From Paracoccaceae bacterium (GTDB lineage: Bacteria; Pseudomonadota; Alphaproteobacteria; Rhodobacterales; Rhodobacteraceae), in assembly GCA_024742705.1 (NCBI GenBank), contig JANSXZ010000016.1, forward strand, positions 8,617 through 72,616: a DNA stretch of 64,000 nt, in the 5' to 3' direction. Made by a program: the position numbers and the translations under genes. This document shows, piece by piece, positions 55,601 to 61,121 of this stretch. Each line of letters opens with the position of its first letter. Positions within the stretch are counted from its first letter, which is position 1. The notes below the pieces were generated by a model, which did not search any database, had not been told where the DNA came from, and was given only the letters and a program-made list of their open reading frames with translations.

Positions 55601-57515
55601 CTGCCTGAATGTCGTTGGCGCCGGCGTCATCCTCAAGCGAATCCGCCGCATCGCTGCCCACGAGGTTCTCGATGCCGATCAACGCCTCGACAGGGCCAGT
55701 CCCGTCCAGAGCGCCGGTGCGCCCCTGTTCCAGCGAGGCAAAGCCGCCGGTGCCGGGATCCATCACGAAGGTGTCGCGCCCACCTTGCCCGTCGAACCGA
55801 TCGACGCCGGCATTCTGCTCCAGACGGTCGTCGCCATCCCCGGCAAGGATGTGATCGTCGGCCGCGGTGCCTGCAAGGGTTTCGTCCCCTGCTCCGCCGA
55901 TGATGGTGTTGTAACCGTCCGCCGCCTGGTAGCTGATGCCGTAGAGATTGGCCTGCGCCTGCCACAGAACGATGATCCCGTCATCGGTGGCGGCGGTAAC
56001 CGGGTCGTAATTGTTGCCCACCAGGTTGTCGACACGGTCGGTGACCGATGCCATCGGCCCCTGAACACCGTTGGCATCAATGAAGCCCGCGAAGGCATCG
56101 GTGCCAAAGGCGACACCCTCCCGGTCGGTGATCGTGTTGGCCTCGAAGGACAGCCAGGCGCCACCGCCGGGCGCGGAAACCAGGCTGACCTGATCGTTCG
56201 ACGACTGCCGCGCATATGGCATTTCCACCGGACGGGTGTTCACGGCGCCATCGACATATGTGCTCAGCAACAGCCGGCCCTCGGTCGTCGCCACCACTGC
56301 GGCCAGGGCATCGGGCCCCAGGTTGGCATAGGCGGCGTAGTTGATCCGCTCATCGGGGTTCATGTCGATCAGCGTGGCCTGCCCGTTCGCCGAAACCGCG
56401 CCGGTGGCTTCATCGACGGTGTAGAGCCGCAACGCGAGATCCACGAAGTTGCGGCCGAACTGGTCGGTCTGGCCTGCCGTCTGATACAGCAGCGCATAGC
56501 CGTCGCCATAGGCTATGGCGGTATCATGGCTCAGGAACCCCGAACCGTCGAAGACGTTGGTGGCCAACGTCGCGCCGTCGGAATCCAGTATGTGGGTGAT
56601 CACTTCGGTGCCGCTGGAATTGTCGCGCGTCAGCACCAGCCGGTCGTTCGCGATCGCGCTCAGGTTCATGTCGCCGCGGCTCAGTCGATCGCCGACGGCG
56701 ACCGTCTGCTCGTCGCCACGCATACTGCCGTCGGCCTCGAACATCTGGATCCGGATCGCTGCGCCGGGGCCGGCCTGGGATGACGATGCGTGCAACTGTT
56801 CCATCCAGGCCACGGCGAATCCGCCATCGGGCAACGCGGCGATCATCGGATCGCTGTTTTGCGTAACGATCAGCCGGGGCGAGCTCTGGACGTAATCCGC
56901 GCCGAAGGGCGCCGAGGTAAAGACAACCGCGCCATCGCCATTCAGGATCTGCACCACGTTCTTGGTGTTGTCGGCGCCCGGCAGATCACCGTCGCGCAGT
57001 GTGAGCACCCGCGCGACATTGCCACCGGTCAGCGATGCCACTGTCTGCCAGTCGTTCAGGTTGGACCGGAACTCGAGTTCGGTGTCGTATTGCACCACGC
57101 GGGTTTCGGCATGCCACGGCAGCGCACCGGTGGTCAGCGTGACCACGGTGCCGTCAAGGCGTGTAACCGTTTCCACATCGCGCACCAGCGACATCGATTC
57201 CACGACAAAGATGGAATTCAGCGTGTTCACCTGGGTGTGTATGATCCGGTGCGTATAGCCGGGATAGAGGATCGGATCGACCTCAAGCACCAGATCGCCG
57301 ACCAGGTCCAGGCTATTGGTGCCGGGAAAAACCACTTCCACCCGATCCGCGCCGGTTCCGCCATCCACCCGGACATAATCCGTGGTCTGGCCGCTGAACC
57401 CGTCAAACCCCGGCGGCAGCGTGATCACATCGTCGCCCGCCAACGTCACCACCAGCCCCGCCGCGGTCGGTGCCTGGATCACATCGTCGCCCAGGGTTCC
57501 AAAAATCGTCGTCAT
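52614..57515 (-). CDS. giant Ca-binding repeat exoprotein: N-terminal repeat region, RTX-type GGxGxD repeats, four Ig-like tandem repeats, four DUF4214 units, C-terminal RTX-type tail
   Basis: About 1630 aa and very acidic, rich in D, G and T. It contains GGAGDETLAGTAADDHILAGDGDD... nonapeptide-like runs, LYQNVLGRSADETGLNGW-type DUF4214 motifs, and no N-terminal signal peptide, so type I secretion is plausible. Start preferred at ATG 57515 (GGAAGG RBS); the track start is 57539. Confidence 0.85.
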   Translation of the reverse strand: MTTIFGTLGDDVIQAPTAAGLVVTLAGDDVITLPPGFDGFSGQTTDYVRVDGGTGADRVEVVFPGTNSLDLVGDLVLEVDPILYPGYTHRIIHTQVNTLNSIFVVESMSLVRDVETVTRLDGTVVTLTTGALPWHAETRVVQYDTELEFRSNLNDWQTVASLTGGNVARVLTLRDGDLPGADNTKNVVQILNGDGAVVFTSAPFGADYVQSSPRLIVTQNSDPMIAALPDGGFAVAWMEQLHASSSQAGPGAAIRIQMFEADGSMRGDEQTVAVGDRLSRGDMNLSAIANDRLVLTRDNSSGTEVITHILDSDGATLATNVFDGSGFLSHDTAIAYGDGYALLYQTAGQTDQFGRNFVDLALRLYTVDEATGAVSANGQATLIDMNPDERINYAAYANLGPDALAAVVATTEGRLLLSTYVDGAVNTRPVEMPYARQSSNDQVSLVSAPGGGAWLSFEANTITDREGVAFGTDAFAGFIDANGVQGPMASVTDRVDNLVGNNYDPVTAATDDGIIVLWQAQANLYGISYQAADGYNTIIGGAGDETLAGTAADDHILAGDGDDRLEQNAGVDRFDGQGGRDTFVMDPGTGGFASLEQGRTGALDGTGPVEALIGIENLVGSDAADSLEDDAGANDIQAGGGDDTILGHGGDDTLNGGAGEDLYRPTEGLFQQINLPASAAIERLDLVNGDLDGTDGADTFDLSGITSYEVFDIIDMGNGNDAFTGTQADDSVQGDAGDDRLDGQAGNDTITGSSGSDTLIGGTGDDRLSGGTSFSTGNTFVFAPGDGNDVITDYQQSRDSIDLSGFTLDQLAQMQVTLDGDGNRFITFHDGGTLTLEGVGRNHTPIGSVGVSGERIEDAVLTADISTLTDYDTFRPEDVTYQWLRDGDPVSGATGTSYTLGQADVGARVTVQARYTDLFRTEETVESSPGQVVRNINDLPVGEVILSGDAVQGAVLSADASGLSDSDGISGAFSYQWKRGDAAIAGATDATYTTTQQDVGQRISVTVAYTDDQSTREEVDSARTEPVVDVNDEPEGTVSVSGTAREDDTLRVLTDLRDVDGIGAFSYEWLRGGTPIPGATEATYQLRQPDVNAQISVRVSYTDAAGTLETVTSLPTQAVSNRDDPLTGTVRITGPAVEGSTVTARPDLTDEDGITETTYQWQRNGVQISGATDQTYTLNLADAGAAISVLVQTTDAFGGTGAVFSETLSGIAARPELRATPDANNVFLAMGTPEAERLIAAPSPDSQNVRNVLVGNGGNDLLIGSDLAESSDELSGDLRGLFRYEGLPGAQLYRLYRATLDRDPDAVGFAGWMDYGSQFRNLPLPEITTAFITSQEFLKTYGTLDDRSFIETLYQNVLGRSADETGLNGWLEQLANGGSREGVVLGLSLSPEFEAQTTASFDVFIQQSASSYWTDDVFRLYKATLDREPDVAGLTGWATQLAGGTEFLSVVGGFTASDEFGLTYGALDDTAFVSLLYNNVLGRSPADAEVASWLALMDGGLSRVEVVRGFSQSPEFIAATNADVAAWVRAQGTDDVLDGGGGDNILRGGILSDQFVFDQADGGSHQVEDLETWDTLAFNGFGYADADAVLALFSQGPQLFEGQDAYVSFEDQGTRIQFQNTVLADITADMIVI
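52960..53650 (-). repeat. four DUF4214-like units within the giant gene
   Basis: LYRATLDRDPDAVGFAGW, LYQNVLGRSADETGLNGW...SPEF, LYKATLDREPDVAGLTGW...SDEF and LYNNVLGRSPADAEVASW...SPEF. Confidence 0.75.
53880..54970 (-). repeat. four tandem 92-94 codon coding repeats (period 276-282 nt)
   Basis: A conserved core (S/T)Y(Q/E)W.R.G..I.GAT...Y.L...DVG..I.V...YTD recurs, with the Trp codon at 54867, 54585, 54309 and 54033. Confidence 0.85.
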
Positions 57516-57709
57516 CGCGCGAAGCCTTCCAAAAATCACAACAAGCCCTTGCAGCAGTAATCAAATCCCGGAAAATGAGCAACCTGTTGGCAAATATTGA
57601 TAAATGCCCTGCGCGGGTTCGTGCCGCTATGCTGCGCTGCGGTAAATTCGCTGCCGCGCGGCAGGGCACGCCGATTTGCACCGCGCCGCGCCCGTGCTAA
57701 GGCGCCGCC

Positions 57710-58756
57710 ATGATCCTTACCCTGCGCTCTCTGCGGCATCTGGCCGACCTGGAATTCGACGATGTCATCGACGTGCGCGCGCCGGCCGAGTTCGCCCAGG
57801 ACCGCCTGCCCGGCGCGATCAACCTGCCGGCGCTCGACGATGACCAGCGCGCGCGGGTTGGCACGATCTATGTTCAGCAAGACAGGTTCGTGGCCCGCAA
57901 GATCGGGGCCGCGATGCTGGCCCGCAATGTCGCCGCACATCTGGACGGCGCGTTGGCCGACCGTGACGGCGGCTGGCGGCCATTGGTGTATTGCTGGCGC
58001 GGCGGGCAGCGGTCGGGCGGCTTTGCTACCATTCTCGAACAGATCGGATGGCGCGTGGTCCGGCTGGACGGTGGTTACAAACGCTACCGGCGTCTGGTTG
58101 TCGATATGCTTTACAAAGATCCGCTGCCGCACCGGCTGATCCTTGTGGCGGGCGGCACCGGCACGGGCAAGACCGCGGTTCTGGCCCGGCTGGAGGCGGC
58201 GGGCGCGCAGGTCGTCGATCTCGAGGCACTGGCCGCGCATCGCGGATCGCTGTTCGGCGCAGAACCTGGCGGACAACCGGCACAAAAGCTCTTTGAAACC
58301 GGCCTGGCGGCACGGCTGGCAGCCTGTGACCCGGCGCGCCCGGTGTTCATCGAAGCCGAAAGCAACAAGATCGGGCGGCTGACCCTGCCGCCAGCGCTGT
58401 GGGACGCGATGAAATCCGCCGAGGCCGTCGTTCTGGACGCACCGCTTGGGGCGCGCGCGGCCTTCCTGACCCGGCAATACGGCGAAAGGTGGGGTCCGCC
58501 CGAACGGCTTTTGCCCAAGCTTGACGCGCTGCGGCCGTTTCACCCTGCCGACCGCATCGCGCAGTGGCAGATCATGGCCCGCAAGACCCGGCTGGAACCC
58601 TTGGTCGCGGATCTGATCCGCCATCATTACGATCCGCGCTATGCGATGCCGGGACCGGCGCGCGCCGCAGCGCCTGTGCATGTCGCCCTGCCCGATCTCT
58701 CTGACGCCAGCCTGGATGCGGCCTGCGCCACGGTTCTGGCCCAGGTCACACGATAA
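57710..58756 (+). CDS. selU: tRNA 2-selenouridine synthase
   Basis: Rhodanese domain with VIDVRAPAEF and the catalytic VYCWRGGQRSG, followed by the P-loop GGTGTGKT; 348 aa. Confidence 0.92.
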   Translation: MILTLRSLRHLADLEFDDVIDVRAPAEFAQDRLPGAINLPALDDDQRARVGTIYVQQDRFVARKIGAAMLARNVAAHLDGALADRDGGWRPLVYCWRGGQRSGGFATILEQIGWRVVRLDGGYKRYRRLVVDMLYKDPLPHRLILVAGGTGTGKTAVLARLEAAGAQVVDLEALAAHRGSLFGAEPGGQPAQKLFETGLAARLAACDPARPVFIEAESNKIGRLTLPPALWDAMKSAEAVVLDAPLGARAAFLTRQYGERWGPPERLLPKLDALRPFHPADRIAQWQIMARKTRLEPLVADLIRHHYDPRYAMPGPARAAAPVHVALPDLSDASLDAACATVLAQVTR

Positions 58757-60914
58757 CGGTCGGCGGCCCCGCTTCGAAACGCCCGATCACCGCCGCCCGG
58801 TGGCCCGCCGCGCACAGGGCGGCAACCGCCGGTGCGGCCGCTTCAGGCGGCATCGCGGCCAGAAGGCCCCCGGCCGTCTGCGGATCGTGCAGCAAGACCG
58901 GCCCGGCCCCACCCGTTGCCCCGGCATTGGCCGCGAACAACGTCGAGCGCACACCAGCCTTGGCCGCCTGCGCCGCGCCATCATAGAGCGGCACCGCCGG
59001 CCAATCGACGCGCGCGGCAACCTCGCTGGCCCGGCAAATCGCAAGAAGGTGCCCCGACAGCCCGAAGCCGGTGACATCCGTCATCGCCCGCGCCCCGGCC
59101 AGAAGCCGCGCGGCATCGTCCTGCGGGGTCTGCATGATATCGAGCATGGCGATCACGTCGGCGCCGCGCGCGCGCCCGGCCATTTCCGCCGCCAGCAGCG
59201 TGCCGCTGCCCAACGGCCGGGTCAGCACGATGCAATCGCCCGGACGCGCCCCGCGATGGGTCAGCGTCTGCGCCCCGGCCAGCCCGGTCAGCGCGAAGCC
59301 CAGGCTCATCTCTGCGCCGGTCATGCTGTGGCCACCCACCACATCCGCCCCGGCCGCGCGCAGAACGTCGCCGGCGGCCTGCATCACCTCGGCCCAGACC
59401 CGCGCCTGAATGGCCGGCGCCATCGGCGGCAGGATCACCGTGGCCAGCGCCGCCTGCGGCGCCGCCCCCATCGACCAGATATCGCCCAGCGCATGCACCG
59501 CCGCGATGCGGGCAAACCGCCGCGGATCGGCGGTGAAGGCGCGCAGGTGATCGGTGGTGAAAACCTGCCGGCCAGTCCCACCCCAGCGCAAAACCGCCGC
59601 ATCGTCGCCCGGCGCCGACAGCACATCGTCGCGCCGCATGTCGGGCAGGCCGTGCAGGCCATCGGCCAGAACCGCACCACCGATCTTCGATCCGCAACCG
59701 GCACAGATCGGTCGGCCACCGCGCATTTCCGCCGCCACCCCCTGCGCCGCCGTCCGCGGCGGCCGCGGGGCGGGCATCGGCGGCAGATCGGTCAGCTTGT
59801 CCATGAACCGCCGGTCGATGCGGTCCTTCCAGCGCCACAACGCCGGCGCGGCCAACGTCAGGCCGAATTTTTCCCCCAGCGCCGACTGGCCACCCAGCGA
59901 CACCAGCTTCAGATAATGCCGCTGCGGGCGGAACCGGCGCAGCGGCGCCCCGGTCAGCGCCGCCCGCAGGTTGGCATGAAGCACGGGCGCCGCGCGCACC
60001 GCGAACACGCCGGCCTTGGGGCGCGGGCTGGCCTGCATGTGCGCGCAGTCACCCACCGCGAACAGCCCGCGCCATCCCGGCACAGCAAGGTCCGGGCCGA
60101 CACGGATGAAACCGTCGTTCAGCGGCAGATCGGTATCGCCCAGCCAGGGCCACGGTGTGGCCCCCGCCGCGCCGACGGTAAATTGCGACGGCAGCTCGCG
60201 GCCATCGGCAAGCTGAACGCCGTCCGCCGCGATCCGCGCGACCGGCACGCCGGTCTGGACGGTGACGCCCAGCCGCTCCATCGCGTGCCGGACATGCAGA
60301 CGGGCGCGCGCGCCCATGCCTGTCAGGCCCGGCGCCGCCTCGATCACCCGCACCCGCGATCCCGGCGCCGGGCCGCGCAGGGCGTGGGCCATCGCCAGCG
60401 CCAGTTCACAGCCGGCCACGCCGCCGCCGATCACCGCCACCTGCACCGGCGCGCCGGTATCGGCCGCGCGCGCCAGGAACCCGCGCCAGGCATCGGCAAA
60501 TCGGTCCAGCGGCTTGGCCCCGATGGCATGATCGGCAAATCCCGGAAGGGCCGGCATTTCGGCGGTTATGCCGATGTCGATACTGGCGACGTCGTAGGGC
60601 ACCGGTGCGCCTTGGGCCAGCCGCACAACGCGCGCTTCCGGATCGACATGCACCGCACGATCCACCAGCAGCCGCGCGCCGGCGAAACGCGCCAGCCGCA
60701 CCAGATCGATGTCCAGCGCACCGCGCCCATAGTGCCCGGCCACATGCCCCGGCAACATCCCGGTATAGGGCGCATCGGGCGCCGGGTTGATCACTGTCAC
60801 CCGCACCCCGGCCAACGGGTTCATGCCCCAGCGGCGCAAAACCAACGCATGTGCGTGGCCGCCACCCACCAGAACCAGATCGCGGGTGACGGGCACCGGC
60901 ATCGTCTGTTGCAT
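58746..60914 (-). CDS. selD: FAD/NAD(P)-dependent pyridine-nucleotide-disulfide-type oxidoreductase fused to selenide, water dikinase
   Basis: N-terminal LVLVGGGHAH and a second VAVIGGGVAGCE dinucleotide-binding motif (about 350 aa), then a SelD core beginning ICAGCGSKIGG (Cys/Lys active-site loop) and AIR-synthase-like domains. ATG at 60914 with a GGAGAC RBS. The upstream 58 codons of the track ORF are rejected. Confidence 0.88.
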   Translation of the reverse strand: MQQTMPVPVTRDLVLVGGGHAHALVLRRWGMNPLAGVRVTVINPAPDAPYTGMLPGHVAGHYGRGALDIDLVRLARFAGARLLVDRAVHVDPEARVVRLAQGAPVPYDVASIDIGITAEMPALPGFADHAIGAKPLDRFADAWRGFLARAADTGAPVQVAVIGGGVAGCELALAMAHALRGPAPGSRVRVIEAAPGLTGMGARARLHVRHAMERLGVTVQTGVPVARIAADGVQLADGRELPSQFTVGAAGATPWPWLGDTDLPLNDGFIRVGPDLAVPGWRGLFAVGDCAHMQASPRPKAGVFAVRAAPVLHANLRAALTGAPLRRFRPQRHYLKLVSLGGQSALGEKFGLTLAAPALWRWKDRIDRRFMDKLTDLPPMPAPRPPRTAAQGVAAEMRGGRPICAGCGSKIGGAVLADGLHGLPDMRRDDVLSAPGDDAAVLRWGGTGRQVFTTDHLRAFTADPRRFARIAAVHALGDIWSMGAAPQAALATVILPPMAPAIQARVWAEVMQAAGDVLRAAGADVVGGHSMTGAEMSLGFALTGLAGAQTLTHRGARPGDCIVLTRPLGSGTLLAAEMAGRARGADVIAMLDIMQTPQDDAARLLAGARAMTDVTGFGLSGHLLAICRASEVAARVDWPAVPLYDGAAQAAKAGVRSTLFAANAGATGGAGPVLLHDPQTAGGLLAAMPPEAAAPAVAALCAAGHRAAVIGRFEAGPPTVIV

Positions 60915-61121
60915 CGCTTCGTCTCCGCCCGTTGCCCCGATCCGCCCGTACCGTGCCCGCATCACCCCACCACCGGCAAGCCGATCAGGCCGGTTTTTTT
61001 CGCCCGTCACGCGATAGGGGCACGCCGGCACAGGCGTTTCGCCGCTGTACCAAACAAGGCAGTTGAAAAACCGCCTCTGGCCAGCCATGCTGATACGAAT
61101 TCAAGTCAGGGATGGTTGTTC

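Noticed and set aside
52960-55900. Periodic repeats in the giant gene, considered as a possible CRISPR or non-coding tandem array.
   Set aside because: The repeats are in-frame protein-domain repeats (Ig-like, DUF4214, RTX nonapeptides) that have diverged at the DNA level. There is no repeat-spacer architecture and no cas genes.
57540-57709. AT-rich intergenic patch with TTGGCA and TAAAT-like hexamers, considered as defined sigma-70 promoters for selU or the giant gene.
   Set aside because: No hexamer pair has acceptable 16-18 nt spacing on either strand. I can only say it is probably a divergent promoter region.
60973-61000. CCGGC-N11-GCCGG followed by T7 on the plus strand, which looks terminator-like.
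   Set aside because: There is no co-directional upstream gene to terminate (selD is on the opposite strand). The stem is only 5 bp with an 11-nt loop. It is more likely an incidental part of the divergent promoter region.
61057-61076. Minus-strand AGGCGG-TTTTTCAA-CTGCCT, a 6-bp stem with a loop containing UCA, considered as a tRNA-Sec anticodon arm.
   Set aside because: The loop is 8 nt rather than 7. There is no acceptor or D-arm, and no GTTCRA T-arm in the flanks. It is just an intergenic hairpin.
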